Origin: Octopus bimaculoides
Lineage: Eukaryota
NCBI RefSeq assembly: GCF_001194135.2
Contig: NC_068985.1
Coordinates: forward strand, 92,846,375-92,910,374
DNA length: 64,000 nucleotides
Direction of reading: 5' to 3'
How positions within the stretch are numbered: position 1 is the first letter of the stretch; each line of letters opens with the position of its first letter. Under the pieces are notes generated by a model. That model was not told the DNA's origin and made no database searches. It was given only the letters and a program-made list of their open reading frames with translations. Positions 24,121-37,330 of the stretch are shown in pieces. Made by a program: the position numbers and the translations under genes.

Positions 24121-26549
24121 TGGCTGAAACACCATTTTCCTACATCCTGTTTTCCTTCTTCTTTTCAAGTATTTTTCCAGCTTATAGTCCTAAGTATACA
24201 CTAATTCCGATACTGTTGCAAACTGCCTATTTAGAGCCCTGAGAATCAGAATAATGTAATATTTCTGAAGAACAATTTTCTGCAAACCAAACTGTCTCTG
24301 TGACAAGATACAGTATAGTGATATTCATAAATTTTACCTTATAAAAATATCTTCTCAATTTTACATATTCCTAGTAACCTATTTACTCTTCAGTCTGGGT
24401 TTGCTAACCATTCACTTCCATTAAAAAAGGAACATGGTTTTACCAATGATTTAATGTTCACGACCATTTGTCAGGATCTTTTATTGTTTCATTTGGTTGT
24501 TAAGTCTACTAGCTCCAACTTTAGAACACCAGCCAGTTCGCTGTTTGATTTTATAAAGCTTGTCTTGCACAAAATCAAATCATTAAATGTCATTAATATA
24601 TTCAATTTCAAAAATCAGTTTATAATCTAAAACTCAAGTTTTAATTTATTTATTGTTTTTCTTTTATAAAATACTACGAATTTTTTTTTATATCCCAATT
24701 TACTCTTAACTTTTCTATTTTAAAAGTGTGTATTAGGATGTCTATGAAGAGTCTTGTGACTACAATAACCATAGTGTTTCTCAAGTTAAATTCATTTCAA
24801 GGTCATTTTGTACTGAGTGTGAAAAATTGGTTCAGATTTAGTTGTAAATTCATATTAATAACGGTTTCGATGAAGTAAATTCTTTAGTGGTATACTTACG
24901 TGAGTTTCCTTTTTAATCCTCTGAATAGAAACTTTTTTCTTCTTTTTTTCATGAGGCAGATATTTATCACTTCTATTTTATCTATTATTCACTTGCTCTC
25001 TCACACTATCATCTATCACTCCTTTCCGTTATACCCTTTTTTTTTTCTCTTTATTTTCATTTCCTTTCCTCTTATATCATAAATGGCAATAAGTCATGAA
25101 CATATAACCATAAATATGAAAGTGATACAAATGTATACTTTCAGATATATTTAGTTCTGTATTATCTTATATTTCTAACAAAAAAGCTTTAAATAGAATA
25201 TGCAGTTTCTGAAACTGATAGGTCTTGTGAAGTGTAAATGTAGTATTTTATCTATAATTTCAGATGTAGACAAAAAAACTAAAATAATATCTTGATTTTC
25301 AATCTTATGGTAAAGGTGAAGTTGATCAATAACAATTGTCATAGAATTGCATCAATGTGTTAAGCTTCTGTGTGTTCTTGTGTTCTAATATAGAAAAATA
25401 TTTTGTCAAATTACTTTACCGAATATTTAGCACAAAAGAAATGCATTCCCTCAATTACCAAATCTTGAAAGCATTGTTATCATCTGTACATTTGTGCATC
25501 GCTTTTCATATAGTAGTGATTCAGCAAAACTATTATCATTATTGTTATTATTAGTTAGGTCTGGGCAAGGGGCAATGCCCTTCGCTTTTGCAAGCCTTCT
25601 AAAACCAATGAAATTGATGCCAGTTCATTTTCTGTTTTGGTTCAAAGGTTCAAACCCTGATTCATTTTCCTAAGCTTGTTGGTTTCATTTCATTTCCTTC
25701 AATTTTTTTTAATCTAAATATTATCTATGCCTGTGCACATATATTTATATACATAGCTGTACCTACCAGAATTGATGAGTTTTGGAGAGTTTCTTTTTTA
25801 GAGTATTTTACAATGCTGTATTTCTATGAACTTTTGTGATAAGTTATCAGCTTCGAACATTTTTAGAATATGTCTTCTATTACTTCAACTTTTTAGTTTC
25901 TGTTTGTACAGCGTTTCTATTGGTTAGTCTCCAGTTGCTATTAAGTATGAAAAACAATAACCACCATTTTTGCCAGGGAAGTATGAGAACTTTTGTTTAT
26001 CAGTGAGCAATAAAAAATACTTTTGGCAATTTAAGTACTGGTTATTGGTAGTCAGTAAAGCTTGTCTTCCATTTTACAAAAGTTTTCTTTATTCTAAAGG
26101 ACTTTAGTCTCATCTATGAGCTACATTACAGATTGTAAAACCCTGCACATTTGTTATGGATATTGTGTAGTACTAATAAAAATTGCAGAAATGGGACAGT
26201 ATTCTTTTTCTGTTCCTGTGGCAGGGAAAATATAAGCTAAAAGACTATTTTTGTGTTATCGGTTGTAGAAAATATGCTTAGATATATAGTGACTCAAGCC
26301 ATTTCCCCATGCTGTATAATACAATCTCCTGTTTCATTAACAGAGTGTAGAATCTATTTCATATATTCTAGATGACATCAAATCTCTATTATATATAGAG
26401 AAGAAAATCAATAATTAAGAATAATTAAAATACAGAAAGAATTTGTCTGTTCTAAATTTACAGCTGAAGGAAAGATCAAAGATTGAAATCTTTTAAACAC
26501 ATATGGTTGTTATCAAATGAGAAGTAATCTGTGTCTATTTGTGCCTCAT

Positions 26550-26760
26550 ATCATCATTATTATTTAATGTCCTTATTCCATGGAAACAGGATCGAATGAG
26601 TCAGAGGGCTATGTTGATCCCTAATGTCTGCTTTTGGCCAAATTTTTGCAGCTAGATACCCTTGCTAATGCCAGTCACTTTACATGATGCACGTGGTACT
26701 TTTTTTCATGCCAGCAGCACTGTTAAGTCACCAAGTAACTTACAAGAAGACCCTTTGACA
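26550..26760 (-). mobile_element. RTE-type 3' tail, decayed
   Basis: CATCATTATTATTTAATGTCC...AGCTAGATACCCTTGCTAATGCCAGTCAC, homologous to 34601-34780. Confidence 0.55.
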
Positions 26761-28830
26761 GTGGTAGTGCAGTAAACCAGTTTGTAGGTTCAGAATTTTA
26801 AGAATGGTTCAAGGAAATAAGTTTGAAATATGTTGACTGAATGATATAATTATTTACTTGGAATTTCAAGCTGATTAGAATGATTGATAATGTACAGATT
26901 TTCCTTAAAGGCACAAATTAAAAATCTTCATGACACAAGCACTTTGTTTTGTACTTAAAGAAGTTTGGGTTCTGCTCTCTTATTTGCTGTGAATTCTCCC
27001 AATATTCATCATAATTCATTAAACTATAAAAAAAAACGAGCAATATCAGATGATAACTACATTTCACATGCTTACATACAATGAAAGTTTTAAATGATTT
27101 GTTTATTTTTGTCAATATTAGTACCATCATTAAATATTAACATCAAGTTGTCAGTATAATGTCAAAACCATGATAATTTGGTAATTTTAAATTATCTTTA
27201 TCGTTTTGATTTATATTTGCCCAATCGCTACATTACTTAAATAATTTAATGTAAGAATTGATTAATATTTAAATTGCAGAAATACAAGTTTACTTTCTGC
27301 TTAGAATAATTTCAAATACAAATAAATGTGCATTTGTCTGACTAGAAGTATTCATTCTTCCTTTATAATTCTGCTTCATTTATGATATATATATATATAT
27401 ATATATAATCATTTAATGAAATCGAAATCTCAGATTGCCAAATAACATTTTAACAAATATTTTCAAGAAGGCTAAATCTTACTCTAAAAGCCTGAAATAA
27501 GTAAACCTCTAACAATGTTAATGTTTTGCCATAGGTGATGTGAAGTTTTATATGCTAATAATTTCAAAAGAAACATCTCTCAAAGCAATCCCATTAACTT
27601 GTTACGTCAGATCCAGTTTTTTTAATACTGTACCATCTTGGCTGCCTTTTTGCTTTTGTTATATATGCCCTTATACAACTTTTGTTATCTATAACCTTAT
27701 ATAACTTGGTTGTAGATGCTCCAGCTATTATCTTCACACAGGAACATTTATATGAATTCAAATAGTTATTTAAAGTTAATAATGTGTTTTCCTGGATAAT
27801 CTTCCTTGAGATTTGACTTAATTCAACACATGATTTATAATAATAATATCCAGCTCGCAAATGCCTTGAGTGAGAAACTTGGTATGAATGTTTGTAACAG
27901 AATAAACTCTGTTGCATATCAGGTTTCTAGTCTAACTTCCTTCTTGAAGCTCTGAGAAGGGCCATGATCATTGTCCTCTCTCCTTAAATTAAGACATTTA
28001 TAAATAAATGCACCTACAAAACATTCACTCACACACAAATGTTTTCATTATTTTAATACAGGGCATATATGAATTTTTTTTAAATAGTAAAAATATTTTT
28101 CTTTTAGATCCTGTTACATTGATAGTCTTATAATTTATTTTTAACTTAGCCTAAATAAAACACCTACAACTAGTTTTAGAAGTACATTTTAGCATAGTAT
28201 TTGAATAGAAATTAGTGTAATTTAAATGCTGTGTGTGATGAGAGCGAGAGAGGGGAGAAATTGCATGTTTTGCAATGTGGGTCATGCTACAACTGAAACA
28301 AAAAAGACAAAAAGTGGTAATATTAGCACATAGTTTGTTGGCGCCAACTATGAAAATTATTACTATGAAGGTTACTCTATATTTAGATAAAATTGAAACT
28401 GTCTGATTCTGTTCTTTTTTCTTTATTCATTTTGCAATTTGTCATTAATTAAAATTGGAAGTTATTAAGAGCATACAAAAGTTGATTGAATCCATTGTGT
28501 TGTTTGGTAAACTTAAATCATTATTATGGTTCTGTTTACAGTAGAACACCCTCATAGCAATATTCTCCATTTGACAGCCTTTGCTATATCTACCTCTATG
28601 GGAGCACTCCTATTTTGGACAGAGGAGTAAAGATTGAGATTGGAATTGTTAATTCTTTCCTTGTAGTGATATAGATTAGCAATATGTTAAGAATTCATAT
28701 AATAGAAATATTGCTTCAGCAATGCCCCATAGATTAATGGATTTCAAATAATGTTGTTGAACATGTAGGTAAATAGTATTGGTAGGGAAAAGCCAAACGT
28801 GTTTGTCAAAAGAAAAAGAACATGGATGTA

Positions 28831-29051
28831 ATACTCCTTTACTTGTTTCCGTCATTTGACTGCGGCCATGCTGGAGCACTGCCTTTAGTCTAACAAATCG
28901 ACCTCAGGACTTATTCTTTGTAAGCCGAGTACTTATTCTATCGGTCACTTTTGCCGAACCACTAAGTTACAAGGACATAAACACACCAGCATCGATTGTC
29001 AAGCGATGTTGGGGGACAAACGCAGACACACAAACATATACATGCACACAT

Positions 29052-29094
<43 letters not shown>

Positions 29095-29258
29095 CACGAC
29101 GGGCTTCTTTCAGTTTCTGTCTACCTAATCGACTCAAGGCTTTGGTCAGCCCAAGGCTATAGTAGAAGACACTTGCCCAAGGTGCCACACAGTGAGACTG
29201 AACCCAGAACCATGTGGTTTGTAAGCAAGCTTTTTACCACACAGCCACTCCTATGCCT
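28831..29258 (-). mobile_element. SINE family A, full length
   Basis: Colinear with 3235-3676, including the internal (CA)/(TA) tract. Confidence 0.92.
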
Positions 29259-29899
29259 AGCTGATTTTTTTAGAAAACCTAGGATTTATTAATAAAAGTT
29301 AATTGAACAGTTTCCATTGTACATTTAATTAATATTTTTTTAATACATTCTCCAATAGTATTAGGTGATATTCTTTTAATTTGACGAATCAAAAAGTGAT
29401 TCAAATTATCTTGGAATAATAATAATGAAAGAAAGAAATCAGTCCATACGGTACCAAAATAGAATCATTGCAATTAAGATAAAATGTTTACAAGATCATA
29501 ACATATTTTGAGACATTTTTTTTTATTTAATATTTCTTAGATTTTCTTTCCTAGTATTTTCTAAAACTGAAATAGCAAAATTAACTTTTAGCACCCCCCC
29601 CCCACACTTATTTGATCTTGCATGAGAGTATAAGCACTTTGCTGCTTGAATGATTGCACATGGTTGGAAGCCATTGGTACTGACAGATTCAACCATTTAC
29701 TCTGATCAAATACACTGCCTCTATTGCATGTTTTGTGTTCCTGTTCTATTGTATACTCAGATGAACATTAAGATATTTGGCACTTCATAACTTCAGAAAA
29801 ATATATAAACTTCTACCTATCTGTGGTTATTAGGTAGGTCTACCCATGTGTAAGTTACATTGTTCAGGTTTGGTATTACAGTGCAAACATTTATAATTA

Positions 29900-29901
<2 letters not shown>

Positions 29902-29963
<62 letters not shown>
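29902..29963. repeat. Compound (GT)n(GA)n microsatellite
   Basis: Direct reading. Confidence 0.95.
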
Positions 29964-29965
<2 letters not shown>

Positions 29966-31449
29966 TCTATTTCTAGTGTGTGCTTCTATATAATGATGGG
30001 ATTATGTATACAAGAATAAAGGTCTTTGTATGTTTGTGTGTATCTGAGTGTTGGGGTGTGTATATCTGTTTGCATAAGTGAGTCTGTTTTTATAAGTTTA
30101 TGGTCCAAAAGAATTTCTGGGTGATACATTTTATCTAAAATCTGGTTTAAAATTTCATCCTGCATGCTTTTAGCAGTCAATTTGAGTTGCATTGGAGTTA
30201 GAAATCTTCTCTGAGGATGATTTTCTTGCACTTATCTCAGCTGCTGTAAAAATATTCATGAACACTCCCACTCCATCTCTGATTAAGTGATAAAAATAAA
30301 ATGCTAAAGATAAACACAACAGAATTTTCCATTATTTTATACTCCTTAGATTACAAACTATTTAACCTATATTTTTACTAACATATCGTATATTAATGCT
30401 TTGTGATCATTAAGTTTCTAGTCTATCAGAATAGCTTTATGGTTCTATTACTACTGACAAAGAAAATGATAACTTTCGAAAACGCATTATTTTTCAATTG
30501 CTTCAAGCAAATTTAAGAAATTGCTAATCTTTCATTAACAATTGAGTTAGTTGATGATCAATTATTTCTGCTTTCAGATACAGCTGTAACAATCGAATAT
30601 TTTAAAGCTAGATATTTAAAGCAAGTCTCTGTTGTCTAAAGTGTTCACAAAATTTCTCATGAGCTTTGGTTTTATGTATAATGGTGCTGATATTTAGCTT
30701 GTATTGCCCAAAGGGTTTTCATTTTCTCTTCAACGGATTAATAATTCTACTATGTCCTTATTCTAACCCAGCGTTAAACTTCAGACATTGTAGTCTATAA
30801 ATATAAACCTCTTTGCTAGCTTAAAATTATAGATAAAGCTTTGAAATCCTCAGTAATTATCCTCTTATCTTCCTTATACTTGATTACGTGTATTAAGTAT
30901 TGATATTTTGTTTAATAATTTAAGGTAGACTAGAAGATCAATTAGATCAAAGTTAGAAATCCATTTTACTCAATAAAAATTAACCTAATTTCTGTCATTT
31001 AAATATTTTCTTTAGTTCACAAATGCTTCTTCATGCCTAAAACCAACATTTGAAGTTCAGTGGAAAACTCATCTTGTGCTTTAAAATATTTATTTTTATC
31101 CTTTTTTTCTAAAAAAAGGAAAAATTTTAATCTAGTGTGAACATGTATTTTTTACTGAGATTTTAAGCAGTAAAATAAAATTCTGTTATCTCTCAGAGTC
31201 CCTTAGAATAATTTACAAACTCTGATATTTTTATCGTTTAGAGAATGAAAATCATTATCCCAAGGGAAATCATGAATTGGGGCCAAAGTGAAAGTTACTT
31301 TATCTGAGAGTGAAAAAAATTCTTTTGGCTGATGTTATGCCATCCATTCACTAAGAACGAAACAAATGGTAAAAATTAAATAAACTATTTGGTTACAGAG
31401 AAATCCTTTATAATGTTCATTATAATTATCCTTCTCATGTTACATCCAT

Positions 31450-32070
31450 TTTTCCGTGCTTACACCACAGCATCTTCTCACATGTTATGAGTCCTTTGTC
31501 ATCCCATTTGTGAGGTTTTTATGCCACAAGATCAGTTTACACTACTTTTTCTTGGTTTTCCCCACAAATCTCTTTCACTTGAACCACTTTGCACTTCTCA
31601 GCTAACATCTTCCAGTTGCATTAGCGGTCTATACCAGCATGCCCTTCTCTTAAATGCACATTTTTCCTTGTGCTTCATTTATACACTGTTCATGCTAACC
31701 TTATACATCTAATGGAGCATGTTTGCCCTAGTTCTTTCCAGTATTAGCACCTCATGTTTTACTACTATAGAATCCCTTGGTTGCTAGTATAAGTAATAAT
31801 GCCATAAATTTTTCCCTCCTATTCTTACTCTGGTCACTATAATTCTGTAACATCCTCCTCCGCTACTCATTAAGACACCTTCATTTCAGAAGCTATCTCC
31901 TACTGTTAGAAAATATTTCAACTGTTAGAATAAGTTTATCTTATGGGAGGCTCTTATGATACATATGAAGTCTTCCTTCTTTGTCAGTATGCAAGTGATT
32001 CTTTTTAGCATTTCTTGTGCACCATACTTTACACTATAGTACATTCTTATGCAGCATAGTCCTCTTTTCT
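31450..32070 (-). mobile_element. RTE-clade LINE fragment, decayed
   Basis: Minus strand reads VGDSF*NEGVLMSSGGGCYRIIVTRVRIGGK, the same RTE region as 2580-2818. Confidence 0.6.
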
Positions 32071-32110
32071 TTCTTTCTCACTTGATTATATTTTATGTTT
32101 ACTTACTTTT

Positions 32111-32366
32111 GTGGAGGCACGTGGCTTAGTGGTTAGGGTGTCAGCACCATGATCGTAAGATTGTGGTTTCGATTCCTGGACTGGGCGACACGTGTTCTTG
32201 AACAAAACACTTCATTTCACGTTGCTCCAGTCCACTCAGCTGGCAAAAATGAGTAACGCTGCGATGGACTGGTGTCCCGTCCAGCTGGGGAACACATATG
32301 TCATTGAAACCAGGAAATTGGGCCCATGATCTTGGCTATGCTTTCAAAAGGGCGCATTTATTATTT
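32111..32366 (+). mobile_element. tRNA-derived SINE, family E, full length, with 13-bp target-site duplication
   Basis: GTGGCTTAGTGGTTAGGG (A box), GGTTTCGATTCC (B box), GTGTTCTTGAACAAAACACTTCATTTCACGTTGCTCCAG, GCGATGGACTGGTGTCCCGTCCAG. TTTACTTACTTTT occurs at 32098-32110 and 32367-32379. Confidence 0.92.
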
Positions 32367-32848
32367 TTTACTTACTTTTAGGATGTCATGAATCTAGTCT
32401 TTGTTTTCACATTTGGAACTACCTTTTTTTATGTTATGGAAAATTGAATTCTGCAATTATGTATACTATGCAATAGTTACTGAACTGTAGCTTATATATA
32501 ATGTATTATATGAAACAATGACAAATTAATCTAAACTCTGTTAGATATATTGTAATTATCACCTTGAGTTCACGAATAAGTATTACATTTTAGTCAGCAA
32601 AAGTCACATATTGTTATGTTTACTTGTTGAAATACCTCTCTATTTATGTAATGTATGTATTTATTGCATTTTTTGCGTATATAGATGTATAGAACAGCAT
32701 TGTCTAATGTGTTATTTCGTAATGTAAGATGGTATGGTGTCACTTGAAGAAAATTTGGCTGCTATTTATGATACATTGAGTTACTGATAATTTTTGTATG
32801 TGTGTATAATTGTTTTATGTACGTGTTAGGTGACATATATCTGCTTAC

Positions 32849-32897
32849 CTCTGTTGGCTCCACTTTGTTTCGTATGGTGGTTGAACAAATATGGATG
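32849..32897 (-). other. Candidate 49-nt exon (an alternative acceptor gives 204 nt, 32849-33052)
   Basis: Acceptor GCTCATACTTTCCCTAG, donor GAG|GTAAGC. All three frames are open over 49 nt; the 204-nt form is open only in phase 0 (SMDKELS...VEPTE). No recognised homology. Confidence 0.3.
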
Positions 32898-34600
32898 CTA
32901 GGGAAAGTATGAGCGTTATACATTTCGTCAACAAAGTGGTTATATTTCCAATTTGTCTTTTCCTTTTTTAAATTGGTAGTATGTGTTTTGATGGAAATTT
33001 GGTTGTTATTCCTTGCAAGTTGAATGACCATGGAAAGTTCTTTGTCCATTGACTAGAAGCAAACTTGCTTCTTATGTTGTCACTCATGATCAAACAAAAG
33101 TATAATGAGAATTTTCATTTTACTGGTAAAGCTGTGAGCTAAATACATCATTTCATTCCAATTCATAAAAAATAATTTGTGTGCTCTTTTAAAAAAAGAC
33201 AAATTCAAAGACTGGCTCTGTCTAACATTTCCCTATTTTCTTCTGCTGTTAACCATATGCAGCAAACCTTCTACTCCTCATATCCTTAACCTGAAACCAC
33301 TATCAATTTATGCCTCAATGTGATGAAGTGTCTATTTCCTTTCTATTGCTGTTTGAAGTTACCTTGTTTCACATTATTTTCTCATTATTGTTAAACTCAT
33401 TTCTATTGCCACATAAACTTTCATAACTGCTGTCTGCATTTCAGCATGCTACCTTATGGTTCCATCTCAATTTCAACTTATCAATGTTCTCCCTTCATTG
33501 TAATTACTACCCCTCTAAACGAATAATATATCCTCACACTTTCTAGTTGCCTCAAGCAATATACAGTCGACAACTTCTGTATCATATGCAGTAGCTTGGA
33601 TTGTGGTATTGCTCAGTCATTTGAACCATTTGTCACTCTGGATTATTTCATCCTATAGCTGTCTATGTATGTAAGAGTAAGGTTTATGACTTTCAATCTG
33701 GAGTTGTTACTTATGAGAAATATGTATATTTCAGGTGCTTCTTTGCTTGTATAAATTAAGCAAAATCTGTTGATGTTTATTTGGAATGTAGCATCCATTT
33801 GTATGTAGATATATTTTTTGTTAACGATAAAATAAATACGTTTTATTTAAAACAATTTTCTCTTTTAATTAGCCTTAATCATTTTCATCCCTTAATTTGT
33901 GAATGAATAATTTGCTTTGTATTTGTCTGTAGTGTGTGTGTGAAATTATTTTAATTTTCATATCTGAAATTTAAATTGAAAAGAAAAGGGCTAGAATGTT
34001 GGTTTAATTTTATATTGTTATACTATGGTGCTTTTCACTATTTGGTGTCCCCACTCTCTCCAATCAATATCGCTCTTATGTGATAATTGAATAAAAACAT
34101 TGGAAACTAAATGGTTTATAACATTCACTTGTTAGATTTCTCCTTTGGGGCAATTTCAGCTAAATTTTCTTATTTTCAAAATAGTTTTAGTGATAGATTT
34201 CATTCTTCTTCATAGAACTATATCTTATTTCAATTAGGATTTGCATTTGTTTTTTAGCTGTAAATAGTCCCCTCCTCTAGCTGATATCCTACTAAATTCT
34301 TCAAATATGATTTCCTTTCTTCAAATTAAGAAATGTGAAGACAATGTGTAGAAAAGTTTTTTTTCAATTTTATGAAGGTATGTTGAAGTTTTATTTAAGG
34401 TGTGCAAAATAGTTTAAATTCCTGGAAGAAGTCATTGCTTTAGAAATTGAACTTTTAGTTATTGTGTATCATTATGATTTCCAGAGCTGCCATGAAAGTT
34501 TATGGATAGTTATATAAAGGGAGGAACATTATTTTGATAATTGAAATTCTGAAACTTGTTTCCTATTGAACCATCTTGGTGACAAGACATGGAAAGTTCG

Positions 34601-34930
34601 TCATCATCATTTAACATTCGCTGTCCATGCTGGCATGGGATGGATGGTTTGACTGGGCTGGTATGTTGGAAGGCTGCACCAGGCTCCAGTCCAATTTGAC
34701 ATGGTTTTCTACAGCTGGATGCCCTTCCTAACACCAACCACTCCGGGAATGTAATGGGTGCTTTTATGTGCCACCAGCATGACTCTGGTATCTTCTACAA
34801 CTGTGATTTTGCTTGGCTTGATGTATCTTCTTAAACACAACTATGCCAACGGTCTTGGTCATTGCCTCTGTGAGGCCCAACACTCAAAGGAACTCAACCA
34901 CTTTACCTCCATGAGGCCCAACACTCAATT
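34601..34930 (-). mobile_element. RTE LINE 3' end (end of ORF, 3' UTR and GAT tail)
   Basis: TCATCATCATTTAACATTCGCTGTCCATGCTGGCATGGG...CAGCTGGATGCCCTTCCTAACACCAACCAC, followed by the reverse complement of an ORF end (LGLTEAMT). GAGGCCCAACACTCAA is locally duplicated. Confidence 0.75.
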
Positions 34931-36200
34931 ATATGTACTTCTACACAATTCCCATTAGTGACTTATGGAGATAGTATTGTTTTCATAAAAAGTTTAGGAC
35001 AGGATAATGTTGGGATCAGCTTCTGAAAAACTTTGTCTTTGTGGTAAGGGTTGATAGTATTGTTTGGATAAGGCACTTTGAGCTTAACTAGTCAAAAGTT
35101 ATACATCGAACTTTAGAAATTAATACATCAAAAGTATAATGATTGAGAATCTAGGAACATACAGATATTTATTCTATGACATAAGCATCACAAGCCTCAT
35201 GAGATGCTGAATTGCTTTGGATGAAGATATGTTTTCTGTTCATTTATCAATGAATAAATGATTAAATGAAAGCACAAGGCGGGTGTTTGAAAAGAAGAAT
35301 CTGGAATGTCAGATGATGTATATATACTGGATTTAAATCTAGTTGTTTTTCTCCATTATATTTAGTTATGCCGTTATTTTCTCTTTTACATTCATAGAAA
35401 ATTTTGAATTTTGTAGATTAATTAGGCATAATTGTAAGAAAATTTAATTTAGTATGTCAATGAAATGAATGTAAAGATTAACACATAATTTCTCTTCTCT
35501 CCATAATTTTAAATTAAGAATATCACTACTTTGCATAATTAACAATGTTTGTTTTAAATTTTAAGCAGTCTTATTTCATCATTTTATTGTCTGTTTTATT
35601 GTATACCTAATGTGATCATGATCTATATCAGCAATAATTTTTTAAAATATGTTTTGATTATAAAAAAATGTAATTATTTAAATGAATTTGTTTACTAAGC
35701 TTCAGAAGATTTTTAACCGGTTTATGTTTAAAATCAATTTTGTCAGAAGTGGATTATAAACAGTAAAACTCTCAAAAGTACAAAGGAGTTTTATTCAATT
35801 TTTTCATTGTTACAAAATAGAGATTAAGATTTATCCACTTCAAAAGTAGCACTAAATCTGTATAAAAATTACAAGTTAATCTTCTACACAACAATAAAGA
35901 GTATACATTGTTTTACGCAGTTTGTGTGTATGCATGTAGATATGTTTGTCTGATTATATGATATCGAAACTGTTCCAACTGTGTGTGTAATAAAACGATA
36001 CATTAAAACTTCTGTAACTGTTTGAAATAATTCATTTTATTTATTTATTTATTTTTTGTTATCTTGAATTATTCTTTGAGTTTACTAAATTTTTGAATTG
36101 TGAAGAAGATTTGCAATCTATATCATTTATTTTACTCACATTTTCATTTTTGTGTTGAATATATATATATTATATTGCTAACTCATTTATATTGAAATAG

Positions 36201-36431
36201 TATTTACATTATTTACATTTGATGGATCTTTATCCTCATCTTGTTTGTTGTTAACACAATGTTTTGGCTGATACACTCTCCAGCCTTTATCAGGTGTCTT
36301 GGGGAAGTTTTGAACCTTGGTTCTCATTCCTAAGGTATTTTTCGATGTTATTATTTATGTCACTGCCTGGAAATTGAACTTGGAATCTTGGGGTTAGTAG
36401 CCCACGCTCTTAACCACCACACCATATGTCC
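36201..36431 (-). mobile_element. Family H hammerhead-bearing SINE-like element, copy 2
   Basis: Reverse complement: GGACATATGGTGTGGTGGTTAAGAGCGTGGGCTACTAACCCC...AAGACAC-CTGATAA-A-GGCTG-GAGAGTGTAT-CAGCC-AAAA-CA-TT-GTGTT. The core has decayed. Confidence 0.88.
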
Positions 36432-36432
36432 A

Positions 36433-36683
36433 GGCATACAATGTAGTGGTTAAGAGCGTGGGCTACTAACCCCAAGATTCCGAGTTCAATTCCAGGCAGT
36501 GACCTGCATAATAATAATTAATAATAATAACATCGAAAAATAGCTTAGAAATAAGAAACCAGGTTCGAAATTTCACCAAGACATCTGATGAAGGCTGGGG
36601 GGTATATCAGCCAAAATTTTGTGTTAACAACAAACAAGATGAGGACAAATATCCGTCAAATGTAAATAATGTAAATAATGTAC
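36433..36683 (+). mobile_element. Family H hammerhead-bearing SINE-like element, copy 3
   Basis: GGCATACAATGTAGTGGTTAAGAGCGTGGGCTACTAACCCC...ACAT-CTGATGA-A-GGCTG-GGGGGTATAT-CAGCC-AAAA-TT-TT-GTGTT. The tail may extend to about 36710. Confidence 0.88.
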
Positions 36684-36989
36684 ATAATTCCTCATCTCTT
36701 AAATATAGAACCGAAATAGTATATATCTTATGGTATTTCATTTAAATATGTCTGTATTGAAAGATCATCATTTTGGATCAGATTTTGGTTTGTCCTAAGT
36801 AGAAACAAATTATATTTCTATACAGCCCTTCTGTCTAACACAGAACACTTGGGAAATGGCCATGATTTTGGTCAATATGCAGCAGAAAGAGTAGGTAGAA
36901 ATTGCATATGTGTACCCGATATAAACTATGGTTGCACATGGAATGCTGTGGGATTACAGGCTGACAGGGGGCTTTGTGTGTAATAGAAG

Positions 36990-37330
36990 CAACAATAGCA
37001 CTCATGAAATGAATTGGTCCCAGTATTCTGAAGGCATAGGAGCCAGAGTAAGAATGGGATGAAAAAAATTTAGAGAATTATTACCTCTGCTGATAACAGA
37101 GACTCGTTCTCTTAGTTTAGGGCAGAATGTACAACTGCTGTGTACCAAGTGCAATATTGCAGGGTAGTGAAACAGGACTTTGCAGTGGATGTCCAAAAGC
37201 TGGAAACAAATGCAGCTAGCATGCTCTGCTGTATGTGTAATGAAAGTGTGAATGAATTACAGCGAACAAATCACTTGAGAGATAAAGACAATCAGCTGTA
37301 GTTTGCAAAAGTGGATCCTGAAATGCTGTA
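36990..37330 (+). mobile_element. RTE-clade LINE fragment, decayed
   Basis: YSEGIGARVRMG*KKFRELLPLLIT, then SAILQGSET after a frameshift. Confidence 0.75.

Noticed and set aside
24900-24920. 21-nt minus-strand exon candidate with a GTAAGT donor (and a 12-nt + strand alternative)
   Set aside because: The upstream region is purine-rich with a short tract. It has a stop in phase 1, so it does not fit the microexon chain, and splice-like signals on both strands suggest chance.
27594-27917. 107-aa minus-strand ORF (also the 81-aa ORF at 29986-30231)
   Set aside because: No recognisable domain and no convincing splice-site pair; within chance expectation.
28329-28352. Palindrome GTTGGCGCCAAC with an E2F-like core
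   Set aside because: 12-bp palindromes are expected by chance, and no promoter context is visible.
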